From contig JBEKTQ010000025.1 of NCBI GenBank assembly GCA_049515895.1, positions 1-54,328 of the forward strand: 54,328 nucleotides of DNA, in the 5' to 3' direction. Position numbers and translations under genes: made by a program. The notes under the pieces were generated by a model. The model saw only the letters and a program-made list of their open reading frames with translations. It had not been told where the DNA came from and ran no database searches. This document shows, in pieces, positions 19,697 to 30,850 of the stretch. The DNA is from Candidatus Bathyarchaeia archaeon (GTDB lineage: Archaea > Thermoproteota > Bathyarchaeia > Bathyarchaeales > Bathycorpusculaceae). Position 1 is the first letter of the stretch, and each line of letters begins with the position of its first letter.

Positions 19697-20695
19697 ATGC
19701 CTTGCACCGTAATTGTTGGCGCCTTCTGGGGAGATGAAGGCAAAGGGAAAATAATATCCTACTTAGCGCTCAAGGACGACCTTGATTTCTGCGTCAGAAC
19801 CGGCTCCGTAAATGCAGCTCACACAGTCTTGTTTGAAGGCAAAAAATATGCTTTACACATGGTGCCTGCTGCGTTCATTAACTCTAAAACCCGTCTGCTA
19901 ATCGCCGCTGGAGCGAATGTTCATGTTCAGAAGTTTCTTGACGAAGTTGAACAGACCAAAGCAAACGGCAGAATCGGGGTAGACTTAAACGCTTCTATAA
20001 TTGAGGAAAAACACAGTGCCCAAGATAAAGCAAGCGCAATAAACAAGGGTATTGGAACAACTGGTTGGGGAGTAGGCCCAGCAATCGAAGAACGTGTCAG
20101 ACGCACAGCGAAGCTTGCCAAAGATATCCCTGAATTGAAACCGTACCTCGCAGACCAAGTGCAAGAAGTCAATGACGGTTTGGACGCAAACAAAAAAGTT
20201 CTTCTTGAAGGTACGCAGGGCTTTATGTTGTCACTCTTCTTGAGCGGCGGGTACCCGTACGTCACTGGCAGAGACACAGGTGCATCAGCCATTGCTTCAG
20301 AAGCTGGAGTCGGACCCACAAGAGTTGACGAAGTCCTAATTGTCTACAAATCCTTTATTACACGGGTGGGCGGTGGGCCATTACCTGGAGAAATTTCAAA
20401 AGAGGAGGCGCAGAGAAGAGGCTGGTTTGAAACCGCAGCTGGAACTGGAAGAGACCGCCGTTCGGCACCTTTTGACTTCGAATTGGCAAAGAAAAACGCG
20501 AAAATAAACGGTGCAACGCAAGCGGCGTTAACGAAGCTAGATAGTCTTTTCCCAAGATGCAGAGGCGTCAAACAGTACGGTGATTTGCCTGCGGAAGCTA
20601 AGGATTTCATAAAAGAAGTTGAAACGAAAACTTGCGTGCCGGTTGTTTTGATTGGTACTGGTCCTGAAGCGATGGAGATCATTGACCGTAGATAA
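19697..20695 (+). CDS. purA: Adenylosuccinate synthetase (short archaeal form)
   Basis: GAFWGDEGKGK, NAAHT, EGTQG, YPYVT, TRVG.GP, TKLD. Confidence 0.95.
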   Translation: MPCTVIVGAFWGDEGKGKIISYLALKDDLDFCVRTGSVNAAHTVLFEGKKYALHMVPAAFINSKTRLLIAAGANVHVQKFLDEVEQTKANGRIGVDLNASIIEEKHSAQDKASAINKGIGTTGWGVGPAIEERVRRTAKLAKDIPELKPYLADQVQEVNDGLDANKKVLLEGTQGFMLSLFLSGGYPYVTGRDTGASAIASEAGVGPTRVDEVLIVYKSFITRVGGGPLPGEISKEEAQRRGWFETAAGTGRDRRSAPFDFELAKKNAKINGATQAALTKLDSLFPRCRGVKQYGDLPAEAKDFIKEVETKTCVPVVLIGTGPEAMEIIDRR

Positions 20696-21017
20696 CAGTT
20701 ACTTATATTTCACCTGAGGCAAATTCTGTTCCGAGTCTTAATTTGTGATCCAGAGGGCATTATTGAACTCATGTCCGTCAGAAAGCCACTGAATGGGTCA
20801 GTCGTGTTTACACTGTTTTTAGCGTCTCTTCAAGTGTATTTTTTCAAGCTTTATTTTTTTGTTTTAGCTTTAAGCAGATAAACACTCAGGAGATCGATCA
20901 TGATGCAATTCCTGCTATAAAAGGCAGATATGTTAAGTGCCGAAAGATGGCGTAGCGATGTAATTAAGAATGATTAATTAAGTAAAACAACAAAAAGGTT
21001 ATTTGAGGTAAAAAGAA

Positions 21018-21221
21018 ATGCCGATAGTTCAAGTTTCTGTTTGGGAGGGAATGACCCCTGAGAACAAGAAGAAAACGGTTGAAGGAATAACTAAAGTTTT
21101 TGAAGATTTGGGAGTTCCAAAGGAAGCAGTCGAGATCGTCATTTATGAAGCTCCAAAGAGCAATTGGGCAACAGGTGGACAATTACACTCCGAAAAACAC
21201 GCCCGCACGCCCTCCCTATAA
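21018..21221 (+). CDS. 4-oxalocrotonate tautomerase family protein
   Basis: N-terminal MP, 67 aa, NWATGG motif. Confidence 0.9.
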   Translation: MPIVQVSVWEGMTPENKKKTVEGITKVFEDLGVPKEAVEIVIYEAPKSNWATGGQLHSEKHARTPSL

Positions 21222-21427
21222 ACAACCTTTGCTGCCGTCATATGGCTATTGTCAGCCTTCCGATTCTTCATTAATTAGGTTAGCAGTCACTTTAGAAAGA
21301 ATGATGGCCCAAGTGCAATTGCAAAATGAGCTATGCTTTGTTTTACAATGTTATTTTTGAAGATTGTGATTATTATGAACAAAGAAAAAATCAAACATCG
21401 CTTGATTGCTTCGAACCTGATTCTATG

Positions 21428-21724
21428 TTATGGTATGTGCGGTTTCAGCGTTTGCTTTTCAGTTTTGTTTCTATGCGATCCTTTTCCCTGCTTTAAGTCG
21501 AAATGGTCTCGTTCAACCGCCATATTAATTATCTTTCGAGAATAACATTTAGAGCAGTAATGCTTTTCCTCGATTTCGTAAAGCGTTACTGACACAATTG
21601 TAATAAGGTCGTTGCATTCGACGCAGCAGACGGCTTTGTTTTCCTGGCTCACATTTTCGTCTGCTTTTCTTTCGTTTCTAGAAATTCTGTTTTTCGGTTT
21701 AAAATGTTCACTGTCCCAACCCAT
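21428..21724 (-). CDS. Hypothetical protein with CxxC...CxxC
   Basis: CVEC and YCSKCY; GGAGG upstream. Confidence 0.5.
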   Translation of the reverse strand: MGWDSEHFKPKNRISRNERKADENVSQENKAVCCVECNDLITIVSVTLYEIEEKHYCSKCYSRKIINMAVERDHFDLKQGKGSHRNKTEKQTLKPHIP

Positions 21725-21868
21725 TCTTTTTGCTTCCTCCAGACTGAGACAAGATCTTTAGCGTGTCTTGCTGTAAAAAGCTTTCCAAGTTCCATTCGAA
21801 AAAAAATTCTCGTTTTGGCGTTATTTTGGAAAAGTCTTATTAGGTTATTGAATTTCATGTATGTTCAA

Positions 21869-23284
21869 ATGAGATTTAAGCAACTATCGATTTTGCTAGT
21901 TTTCTTGTTGATTTCGCCGTTATTCATAAATTGCATCTTGATTGCTAAGGCTCAAACGGCTCAAGCAGCCCCTGACTTTTATCTAGGCGTCGACGTTGCG
22001 TTCGCAAGCGTTGCGCAAACTGAACAATTGATTGATAACGTTAGCTCTTACACTAATTTCTTTGTTATTGGATGCGCGCAAAAGATAGGCATCAATTCTT
22101 ACGGCGGCGGAATTTATAATGAAACCAGCCTCAGTATTATCAGCCGGTACGCTTACAACAAGGGTTTAAACTTCATAGTCTACAGCGATGACCCCAGTTA
22201 CCCCTCGAAGCAATGGCTTGAAAACGCCACGAAAAATTTTGGTAGCAGTTTCATGGGAATTTATTATTTTGATGAACCTGGAGGGAGAACGCTTGACCAA
22301 GCTCCCTACCCCGACTACCCCGTGATTATTTCTGCAAACAACTTCACAGACGCAGCAGACAAATACAATGAAACTTTAAGCTCTTGGTTACGCGGTCCAA
22401 CATTAGGTATAACCCGCAATTTCGATAGCCCAACAGAATACCAACTTTTCACTTCAGATTATGGACTGTACTGGTATGACTACGGAGCGAGATATAACAC
22501 AGTTTTCACGGAATTCGGAGTTAACAGTGGAAGAGAAAACTATAGTCGGCAATTAAGCATAGCTCTCTGTAGAGGAGCAGCCAATGCGTTCAACCAGAAT
22601 TGGGGAGTCATGATAACTTGGGCTTACAGCAAGGCTCCCTACATGGAAAACGCGACCGATCTTATGAGCGACATGAGGTTGGCTTACAACAACGGTGCAA
22701 AATACATCGTAGTATTTGACACGAATGCAAACTGGACTGAAAACGTGCTAAGCCCGCAACAGCAAGAAGCCATTAAACAGTTTTGGCAGTATGCTCAAGC
22801 TAACCCGAGAACAGTGAGTCAACCTAGCGACCGCACAGCTTATGTACTTCCGCAGGATTTCGGCTTTGGTTTCCGTGATCCTAATGACACAATCTTTGGG
22901 TTATGGAATGCTAACTGGAACGGTGCAGCTTCTTTGACCTTTGTCGCTGACATCAGCATGTGTGTTGTTACATTCCTGCAGATGCTCGGCCCTAACTTGG
23001 ACATAATTTATCCGGTTAGTAACGGGACCATCGAACAGTTAGGGTACAAAAACGTGATTTTTTGGAACGACACTACTATAGTGCCGAATATGCCAAGCAT
23101 GCCAATGGCAAGCCACGCCGGAGGCACTTACAAGACGCCTTCTTTCATACCATTTGTAAGAAATATTATCAATTCGCACAACGCGATTGAAATTGAACTG
23201 TATACGATAGGAGTAGCTGCAATTGTAGGCGTAGGTGTTTTTGGGGCCACTTTAACGATTAGAAGACGGCGATTGAACGCTTAA
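21869..23284 (+). CDS. Secreted, C-terminally anchored protein (possible glycoside-hydrolase-like barrel)
   Basis: Signal peptide ending AKA; YYFDEPGG; aromatic-rich; C-terminal TM plus RRRR. Confidence 0.75.
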   Translation: MRFKQLSILLVFLLISPLFINCILIAKAQTAQAAPDFYLGVDVAFASVAQTEQLIDNVSSYTNFFVIGCAQKIGINSYGGGIYNETSLSIISRYAYNKGLNFIVYSDDPSYPSKQWLENATKNFGSSFMGIYYFDEPGGRTLDQAPYPDYPVIISANNFTDAADKYNETLSSWLRGPTLGITRNFDSPTEYQLFTSDYGLYWYDYGARYNTVFTEFGVNSGRENYSRQLSIALCRGAANAFNQNWGVMITWAYSKAPYMENATDLMSDMRLAYNNGAKYIVVFDTNANWTENVLSPQQQEAIKQFWQYAQANPRTVSQPSDRTAYVLPQDFGFGFRDPNDTIFGLWNANWNGAASLTFVADISMCVVTFLQMLGPNLDIIYPVSNGTIEQLGYKNVIFWNDTTIVPNMPSMPMASHAGGTYKTPSFIPFVRNIINSHNAIEIELYTIGVAAIVGVGVFGATLTIRRRRLNA

Positions 23285-23305
23285 CCTTGGTGAAGCTATT
23301 GAGTG

Positions 23306-24562
23306 TTACGTAAAGTAAGATGGTTGGACCGCTGCTGGGTTGGTTGAGCATGCGATGAAGGTCGAGTTTTCTCCCATATTCAAGCTTATTGATAGGTACC
23401 TTGAGTTGCTGAGCCATTGATTGTTTCCTTCGCTGAAGGCTTGATTGTCTTTTGCGATATTTTGTAAAGCCCCTAAAAACGCATTAGCTGTAGCGCTGCT
23501 GTTCCATTGTATGTTCCAGATGAAAAGGCAGCTGCTGCTGTTGCCGACGTTTTGATAATAGGTGAAGTTGTCGCCCGTCCAACCAGCTGAAAGGGTTTGC
23601 GCTTGGCTCTCTTGAAGCCAGTTGCCCAGAAGGTCTTCAATGAAGTATTCGCCGTAGGAGTTGTAGTTTTGTCCGTAACTCGTTTGCCTCTGAGTCCAGT
23701 TGCCGCCTGTTCGGGTTGGCAAGCTAACCTGCTTGGCTGTAAGGTTTTCAAAGTATTCTTCTGGGTTAAGTATCTGGGCTGTGGTGCTCGGAATGTATCC
23801 TTCAGTGTACGCTCGATTGAGTGTGGCGAAACCTCCTTGCTTATGCAACACCTCAACGAATTCTTCACCCTGAGTGTAGGGGAAGTAATCCAAGTTAGAA
23901 AGCGTATCAGGATGAACACCCGCCAACGTTATGATATCCGCAGGGAAATCTGTATTCAGAGGTATCACATCAGCGTTCAGTAAACCCGCGTTAGTCAGGT
24001 TCGTGTAAGTGTCGGCCATAAAGGTGGCGTCACCCTCAATGAGCGCAGTGCGTGCCTTGTCCTCGTCAAATGTTGTTGGCGAGGGAAGACTCTTCTGCCA
24101 GATGTGAGTTAACTCATGCACGAAAGTAGCTTCGGAGCTGGGTAGATTCCACGGATTAAAGTTTTCTTTTACCACGTAAATTTTGCCTTCCCAAGTTGCC
24201 GCTACGAAGTTTCCTGGCCAATTAACCTCTGCTTGGTAAAGGCTACGGTTCTGCGGAATCAAAAAGAGCCCTTGATAGATGTTCTGCTCCATCGCAATCG
24301 CTTGCAGGTTCTGCTGTGCGTAACCTTTACCCCAAGTGTCGATTGCCCACTGCTTGGTAACTACCATAAGATCAACGTGAGGAAGGGACCCATTTCTGAT
24401 TTGCTCCCAAGCGCTGTAGGCATTGTTGAATATTTTTTGGGCCTGCGCCTCGTAGGCTGCCATGCTGGGGTTCTGCTGGTTAATAACTATGAATAATGTT
24501 ACCGTAACTACAACGATAATAATGCAGGTGGCTGCAACCACAATTTTTCTTTTGAAGTTCAA
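23306..24562 (-). CDS. Membrane-anchored zincin-like surface protein (HExxH...EGDA)
   Basis: FVHELTHIWQ, ALIEGDAT, FPYTQG, GWTGD; N-terminal TM. Confidence 0.8.
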   Translation of the reverse strand: MNFKRKIVVAATCIIIVVVTVTLFIVINQQNPSMAAYEAQAQKIFNNAYSAWEQIRNGSLPHVDLMVVTKQWAIDTWGKGYAQQNLQAIAMEQNIYQGLFLIPQNRSLYQAEVNWPGNFVAATWEGKIYVVKENFNPWNLPSSEATFVHELTHIWQKSLPSPTTFDEDKARTALIEGDATFMADTYTNLTNAGLLNADVIPLNTDFPADIITLAGVHPDTLSNLDYFPYTQGEEFVEVLHKQGGFATLNRAYTEGYIPSTTAQILNPEEYFENLTAKQVSLPTRTGGNWTQRQTSYGQNYNSYGEYFIEDLLGNWLQESQAQTLSAGWTGDNFTYYQNVGNSSSCLFIWNIQWNSSATANAFLGALQNIAKDNQAFSEGNNQWLSNSRYLSISLNMGENSTFIACSTNPAAVQPSYFT

Positions 24563-24765
24563 GCGGGCACCATTAGCATTACGTTTAGGCGGTTTAGAAG
24601 CTGAGCAAAAAATAAACATTTCCCCAAATGGCAAAAACCAGTTAGCGAGATTGAAGAAACAGATAATGCTTAATGCATAACGCAAATAAGAGCACTTCTC
24701 CAAATCTAAATGACTGAAAATAGCTGAAAAATTATGAGCCGCAAAACAATCTATTTTCCCCACAG

Positions 24766-24811
24766 CGTACTATTCTTCGTATTTTTACCGTACTATTCTT
24801 CGTATTTTTAC
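24766..24811. repeat. Perfect 23-bp tandem duplication
   Basis: CGTACTATTCTTCGTATTTTTAC x2. Confidence 0.95.
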
Positions 24812-25009
24812 TGGTATTAGTGGCGCTGTGGTTGCGTTGATTTTTTTCGGAGCGGTAAGCATCGCTTTCGCAGATGTCGCATTACCTTTTTAGAAAAATC
24901 AAGAAGCTTCCTTTGAAAGGACAACCATATTTAAGGTTTGGACTAAAATATGGCAAACTTTTAAAAGCAATAGGTGAGGAAACTATTGCAACGCTTGGAG
25001 TGGTCTAAC

Positions 25010-25927
25010 TTGAAAAAAACCATTGTTGTCGTAATCCTTGCAGCTTTGATCTTAGCTGCCTTACCCGTCTTCACAATACCAAACGCGAAAGCGAGCGCTT
25101 CAGAGGCTAAGGTTTTATCTTACAGCTTTTATACTGCCGGAGCAAAAAGTGTTTTGGCGTCAAAGTCCGGGGACCTGGTTGTTGTTGGTGAAGTACAAAA
25201 TGTTGGTTCGGGCATAATAAATAACGTAACCGTAACCGGCACCGCTTACGACTCCAACGGGACAGAGCTTGGTTTCGCCGAGGGCACAGTTTTTGTGTTT
25301 GAAATGACGTCTGGGCAAAAAGCACCCTTCTCGATAGATATTCCCTCATTAAGCAGCACCAATACAAATCCCTATTGGGCTTCTTCGGTTAGCAGCGTGA
25401 CAATCTCTGTTCTTTCAGTTACTGACACTTCCACGGCTCCCTACACGGGCTTAACGGTTCCACAGCAACCATCCAGCTTCAACAACAGTGGCACCTACAC
25501 TACCGTCGGAACGATTGTGAACAACGGCAGTGAGACGGTCGGTTACCTTTGGGTTGTAACCACTTTCTATAACAGCGCAGGGACGGTTGTAGGCTTAAAT
25601 TTCACAGATTATTTGATTACGCCTAGTGCACCTCTTTATCAGGGTCATCCGGCAAGGTGGGTTGCAACCCCTGCGGATAACACAGCTACGCTTACAAATG
25701 AAATTGCATCATCCGCTTATGTGATTGATACCATACCCTATTCAAGTTCATCTCAGAACCAGAATACTCCAACTCCAATTGCTACTGGCTCATCTTCGCC
25801 GTTTCCCTTGCTACCAGTAGTTGTTGTCGTTGTTATCATTGTAGTTGCAGTTGTAGCTTTGATGCTGTTGAGAAAACGCCCAGAAGCACAGCCGCCGCCC
25901 CCGCCACCACCTCCACCAATGCCATAA
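25010..25927 (+). CDS. Surface protein with two FxLYD-like Ig domains, TM and poly-Pro tail
   Basis: GEVQNVG...TAYDSNG and GTIVNNG...TFYNSAG repeats. Confidence 0.8.
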   Translation: MKKTIVVVILAALILAALPVFTIPNAKASASEAKVLSYSFYTAGAKSVLASKSGDLVVVGEVQNVGSGIINNVTVTGTAYDSNGTELGFAEGTVFVFEMTSGQKAPFSIDIPSLSSTNTNPYWASSVSSVTISVLSVTDTSTAPYTGLTVPQQPSSFNNSGTYTTVGTIVNNGSETVGYLWVVTTFYNSAGTVVGLNFTDYLITPSAPLYQGHPARWVATPADNTATLTNEIASSAYVIDTIPYSSSSQNQNTPTPIATGSSSPFPLLPVVVVVVIIVVAVVALMLLRKRPEAQPPPPPPPPPMP

Positions 25928-26024
25928 GACAACCAATGTCTTAGGGCCCAATGATTCTCTTTTTGCGATAAGCAGAGGCTAGACAGAGCTCTTTACTTCA
26001 AAACTAATACTGTGAATCGCTCGG

Positions 26025-26825
26025 TTACGAGCCGAATCGGCGTTTTCGGAGTTGGAATGTTCTTATGGCTCTTAACAGGTCAATTAGACGAAAGTCTGGC
26101 CAGTAAACGTCTAAAAAGAGCAGTTCGCTGTACGCTGCTTGCCATAGTAAGAATCCGCTTAATCGTTCTTCACCTGAAGTGCGTATGATCATATCTGGAT
26201 CCTGCTTGTCCACCATATGCGAAGTGTATAGGTACTTTTGAAACGTGCCCTCGGTGACGTCAGCTATTTCCAACTCGCCGTTTTTGACTTTCTCAGCTAT
26301 AGTCTTAGCTGCATCTACAATTTCCGCTCTGCCTCCGTAGGCGAAAGCAAAATTCCAGAAGTAGGAGTCATAATCCGCTGTTGCGTTCTCAACATCTGCG
26401 ATGGCTTCCTGTAGGCTTTTAGGCAAAAGGTTAACCCTGCCGATGATCTTTACATGAACTTTATCTCTGTGTATGCGCTCGTCTTTCAACAGTTTGCGGA
26501 ATCTCTCCTCAGCAATCTGCATAATCTTTTCCACTTCCTCGGATTTCCGAGAAAAATTCTCCGTGGAAAAGGTGTAGAGGGTCACATACTTGACGCCTAT
26601 CAGATGGGTCCAATCTAAAAGCATCTCAACCGTATCAGCACCCTGCCTGTGCCCCCACTTATCTTGCATTAGCATTGGGTCACTTTCCTGTCCGTTTGCC
26701 CACCGCCTGTTTCCATCTAAAATTATAGCAATATGTTCAGGCTTTAATCCACCCTTAACCTGTAGCCAAAGCCATCGCTCATAAAGCTTGTACGCCCCGA
26801 TAAAAGAAAGCATTTTCTTAAGCAT
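26025..26825 (-). CDS. uppS: cis-prenyltransferase (polyprenyl diphosphate synthase)
   Basis: HIAIILDGNRRWA, FSTENF, YGGR, IRTSGEERLSGFLLWQ. Confidence 0.95.
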   Translation of the reverse strand: MLKKMLSFIGAYKLYERWLWLQVKGGLKPEHIAIILDGNRRWANGQESDPMLMQDKWGHRQGADTVEMLLDWTHLIGVKYVTLYTFSTENFSRKSEEVEKIMQIAEERFRKLLKDERIHRDKVHVKIIGRVNLLPKSLQEAIADVENATADYDSYFWNFAFAYGGRAEIVDAAKTIAEKVKNGELEIADVTEGTFQKYLYTSHMVDKQDPDMIIRTSGEERLSGFLLWQAAYSELLFLDVYWPDFRLIDLLRAIRTFQLRKRRFGS

Positions 26826-26955
26826 TAAGCTTGACTCCTTGCACTATACGTTTTTCAAATGTTTCTTTGGCAATTTGCATTATGTTTAACCCTGAATACT
26901 TTCAATTAAATCTTGCTCTAATCACAGACCCGAATTTTGGATGAAAAATTTTCAT

Positions 26956-28197
26956 TTAGCAACTTACATCCTTATCGGATTTTTGAAAGAAATCCTTAGA
27001 GGATCTGTTGACAATGAAAATCAACAATACCGAAGCTATGCCGATCAGAATTCCAACAATAATCGTGTAAATGAAAACTGAAAAAATCGGGTCATTGAGA
27101 ACAGACACTGCACCCCCACCTGACTTTACAGGGTTATAGATTACATTCGCTGTTGCGTCGAGAATCCAACGGGCCCATGCGATGGAAACGATTAGGCCAA
27201 CATTACGCAGCATCTTTGAATCTCGTTCAAAGTATAATCGGACGCTTCGCCCGAAAAGAACTATGATTATACCTATCACTATCAGGGTTTCTACCCCTTT
27301 AATGAAGAACGTTGCTATTTTCGGGGTAACAGCAACCCAGGCTCCAAACGAAGACGGAAAAGGCGCCGCGTTAATATTGACATTTTGAACCCCCAAATAG
27401 ACGCTGACTGCAATGCATAAGATACCCGCGAATACAGTGTAATTTGAGATTTGCATGGGCAGCGGCGGCGGCGAATACTCTTTTATCCATTTGTAGGCGT
27501 CTTTAGCTGACTTGTCAACGCCGAACCCCTTGATAAGTAAGAAGCCGCCGATAACAATTACTATGGCAATCCCGAAATAGGCAATAGCACCTGGGTAAAA
27601 GTAATTGTTGATTGCCCAGAGGACCCCAAAAATTAGAACTAGGAGCCCCGGCAAACCTAGCGCTATGCGAGCGTACCGAGGATTTTCCACTAATAATCTG
27701 ACGTATTTAGTGAAGACGGCTGCTGTTTCCTCGATTGATTCACTGTGCTTTATTACTATCCGCCTAACCGACGACACTGGCACTCTGGATTCCACAAGAG
27801 GCAGCACAGCCTCGTCAGAATAACCATCCGAAACCAGAATTACTTCGTCGGCGTTAAAGGAATCAAGCAGATTATTCAGCTCAGCAACGAGCTTTCGGTC
27901 TGCGCTAACGCCCCCTAAGTCAGAGCCCGAAATGGTTGCCACTTCGAAGATCTCTTCAGGCTGCTTCTCGTTCTGTAATCTGTCATGGAGGCGAACTGCC
28001 TCAAACATAGCGTTCGCGTCGGGTTCTTCAGGGTCTTTCAGGGCTAAAGAAACAGCGCCATCCAAGTTGGCGGTTCTTCCGAGAAGCGGTGTTTTTACCC
28101 CTGCTTTGGCTTCCAAGTCACCGTCCCGATCGACACATAAAATTAGGATACGCTTTTGCGTCTGGTCTTGCGTTTCCTTTTTAGCCATCTGATTCAA
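26956..28197 (-). CDS. DUF373 family membrane protein
   Basis: LCVDRDGD, DPEEPDAN, VSDGYSDE; multi-TM C-terminus; adjacent to uppS. Confidence 0.85.
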   Translation of the reverse strand: MNQMAKKETQDQTQKRILILCVDRDGDLEAKAGVKTPLLGRTANLDGAVSLALKDPEEPDANAMFEAVRLHDRLQNEKQPEEIFEVATISGSDLGGVSADRKLVAELNNLLDSFNADEVILVSDGYSDEAVLPLVESRVPVSSVRRIVIKHSESIEETAAVFTKYVRLLVENPRYARIALGLPGLLVLIFGVLWAINNYFYPGAIAYFGIAIVIVIGGFLLIKGFGVDKSAKDAYKWIKEYSPPPLPMQISNYTVFAGILCIAVSVYLGVQNVNINAAPFPSSFGAWVAVTPKIATFFIKGVETLIVIGIIIVLFGRSVRLYFERDSKMLRNVGLIVSIAWARWILDATANVIYNPVKSGGGAVSVLNDPIFSVFIYTIIVGILIGIASVLLIFIVNRSSKDFFQKSDKDVSC

Positions 28198-28221
28198 TCC
28201 AATTATACTTTCGACTCAACT

Positions 28222-29175
28222 TTAATCTTGTGCTTCCGAATCTTCTTTTGATTCGTCACCCATCATGAGCTGAAACTCATCCCAACTAAGCTTTTCGCCC
28301 TTCTGAAGCTTATCCCTCGCTTCAGCACCAAGCTTCTCTTTAATTGCTTGCTCCTTTTCCTTGCTGGACTGTTGCTGTTCTTGATTAACCTTATCAGCGA
28401 CAGCTCTTTCTTTAGCTCTAATTTCAGCGGCAGCCTTGGCTTCCTTTACCATCGAAGCTTTTAAACTATTAAGCTGCCCCACCAACTGCCCAATCTTTTC
28501 ATATATTTGAGGAATAACCTCTTCTTTCGTTTTGATGTAAATTTGATGCTGACCATCAGCTTGAGCTCTGCTGATCTTCATGATATTTACTTTTTCAATC
28601 ATCTTTGAATGGATTTCTTGGCTTTTAGCAGCTAAATCAGTTAACTCCTTATGAAGCACCGCTGCTTGCTCGTCAAACGTTTTCCGTTGAGTCAGAAAAC
28701 CTTTGATCTTATTATTTTGAGTGCCAATTTTCTTATAACCACTAAGCAGTATTTCAAGCTGCTTAACATTCTCTATAAGCATTTTTTCTTCTTGCAAGTC
28801 GAGTGAAGTCGTCGAAATCTTCCATTCAATCGCGTCATGTTCCTCTTGTAAATCCCGTTGGCTGTCGCGAGGCAAATTCTTTTTAAGTTCAGAGATTTTC
28901 GTCCTTGCTGCTTGTATGTCATCGTTGATCGGGGCGGATTGCGACCTGATTGCGTCTCTTTGACTTTTGAGCAGCTTGACTCTTTCATTTATGTCGTCGC
29001 GCCCGGCTTTTAGACCAGCAATCTCTTCCCGAACTTTCTGAACTTCCGCGTTCAGTTCGTTTCTTCTTTCAACGCAGTTTTTGATTTGTACGTTTGCGTT
29101 GTTAGCTTCTTCTCTTAGCTTCTGGATTTGCTGGATGATTTCCTGTTTTTGGTTGATGTTTTGTTCTTTTGTCAC
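28222..29175 (-). CDS. Archaeal long coiled-coil protein (COG1340-like)
   Basis: Heptads; IEWKISTTSL..EE and LQKGEKLSWDEF. Confidence 0.8.
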   Translation of the reverse strand: MTKEQNINQKQEIIQQIQKLREEANNANVQIKNCVERRNELNAEVQKVREEIAGLKAGRDDINERVKLLKSQRDAIRSQSAPINDDIQAARTKISELKKNLPRDSQRDLQEEHDAIEWKISTTSLDLQEEKMLIENVKQLEILLSGYKKIGTQNNKIKGFLTQRKTFDEQAAVLHKELTDLAAKSQEIHSKMIEKVNIMKISRAQADGQHQIYIKTKEEVIPQIYEKIGQLVGQLNSLKASMVKEAKAAAEIRAKERAVADKVNQEQQQSSKEKEQAIKEKLGAEARDKLQKGEKLSWDEFQLMMGDESKEDSEAQD

Positions 29176-29330
29176 GAGATAGCCTCTGGTACGTTTAAGA
29201 TACTGTCGTGGTAGCGGAATTTATAATGATTTTCCATAATAAACCGTTATTTCTACGTACTAAAGCGCGATTTTGGCTTATCATTTTTAAATACATGGTG
29301 CTCCCAATGACATGGTGAGATGTACACGAT

Positions 29331-29741
29331 ATGTCCTATAATTACGATGACTTGTTAAAGAAGGCTTGTGCTCAAATGCCAGAAGTTTCCACAAAGCATG
29401 AGCGCTTAGAATTACCCAGATTAATGGTTAACATGGTGGGCATGCGAACAATAATCTCAAACTTCAAGGAAGTTGCAGACGCCTTAGACCGCGACCCTCA
29501 ACATATCCTGAAGTTCTTAACTAGGGAAATGGCTACGGCTGCGACCTTCCAGGATTCAAGAGCTATTTTTCAGGGCAAATTTCAGCGGGATAGCTTCGAA
29601 AGGCTGTTGCAAAGATATCTAGACAGTTACGTTGTTTGTCCGGTGTGCAAGCGCCCCGATACTAGGGTCGTTAAAGAGAAACGTTTGTCTTTCTTGGTTT
29701 GCAACGCTTGCGGCGCAAAATCATCGATAAAGCAGCTATAA
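29331..29741 (+). CDS. eif2b: Translation initiation factor aIF-2 beta
   Basis: YDDLL, NFKEVADALDRDP, CPVCKRPDT...CNACGA. Confidence 0.95.
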   Translation: MSYNYDDLLKKACAQMPEVSTKHERLELPRLMVNMVGMRTIISNFKEVADALDRDPQHILKFLTREMATAATFQDSRAIFQGKFQRDSFERLLQRYLDSYVVCPVCKRPDTRVVKEKRLSFLVCNACGAKSSIKQL

Positions 29742-29751
29742 GTGACCATTA

Positions 29752-30048
29752 TTGGAAGTTTACGTGAACTTGAAGAAGGTCGGCAGGAATGTCCTGTTAG
29801 CCGTTTGCGACTGCGAATTGCTGGGCAGAACGCTTAAGGAAGGAAAAATTGTTTTCCAGATAAAAAACGAGTTCTACAACGGCAGAAAAGCGACAGTTGA
29901 AGAAGCCATGGGAATGATTAACAACTCAACCATAGTGAATCTTGTAGGCAAGTGTTGCGTGGAGAAAGCAATAGCACAAGGTTTCGTTCATCCCGAAGCG
30001 GTTCTAAAGATAGAGAGCGTGCCACATGCTCAAATCGTGAAGCTTTGA
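29752..30048 (+). CDS. DUF424 family protein
   Basis: LAVCDCELLG, FYNG, IVNLVG, VPHAQ. Confidence 0.9.
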   Translation: MEVYVNLKKVGRNVLLAVCDCELLGRTLKEGKIVFQIKNEFYNGRKATVEEAMGMINNSTIVNLVGKCCVEKAIAQGFVHPEAVLKIESVPHAQIVKL

Positions 30049-30242
30049 TCATACTTTTGGGCAAATAGTAAACTTTCCGTCATTGTCATCTTCTTTTCCT
30101 AATGTTGTGTTTCCGAACGCTTTTTTCCGTTTTGTACAATTCACCTATGTTTTTGGATCCTCTCCAGTTTCAACTGGCTGTTTTTCGTGTTGTAAAAATG
30201 AATTTGCTGTTATAGGAGTGAAGGCGTTTTTTCCCTGAATGC

Positions 30243-30665
30243 CTACCAGTGTAATATTAATTTGAATATGCCCAATGCTATTCCTATAGATGCCAGCGCG
30301 CTAAGTGCTGTTCCCCCGATCAGTGTAGGATAGAATTTGCTTGACTGAATTCCAAGTAGACGACAAACAATTGCTACCTGTACGGGCGAGAGCACAAACA
30401 CCCCCGCAATTATGCCTATCAAAGCATATTTGTTAATTAGTCTTTGACCTCTGGCCGTTCTTTTTTCGAGCCAACTTCTCAGGCTTTTTTTCCATTCTAA
30501 TAATCTATCGATCACGAATATGGAAACAAAAACGGTTAAAATATTTATCGTCAGCGTTACGACAAAAACCACCCGTGGGTCGAATCCAACAGCGACGCCG
30601 TATAGCATGCCTCCTCCGCTTTCAAAGACGATAGATATTAAAATGTAGGTATAGACCTCGTACAT
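30243..30665 (-). CDS. Small membrane protein (small multidrug export-like)
   Basis: Multiple TM segments, 140 aa. Confidence 0.7.
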   Translation of the reverse strand: MYEVYTYILISIVFESGGGMLYGVAVGFDPRVVFVVTLTINILTVFVSIFVIDRLLEWKKSLRSWLEKRTARGQRLINKYALIGIIAGVFVLSPVQVAIVCRLLGIQSSKFYPTLIGGTALSALASIGIALGIFKLILHW

Positions 30666-30850
30666 CCATATACCACTTCATAGATTATTGATAGGGCTAA
30701 TATGGCTTATTCTACAGCATATGCATAGGCAAGGAAGATATAAGGTGCAGATAGCCGCATAAATAGTAGAGCTCTAGTTGCTCGGTAAATTTTTTGTCGA
30801 TTCATCCAGTTTCGGCTTGGCGGCCGGTTACGTGCAGTCTATAAGTAATT

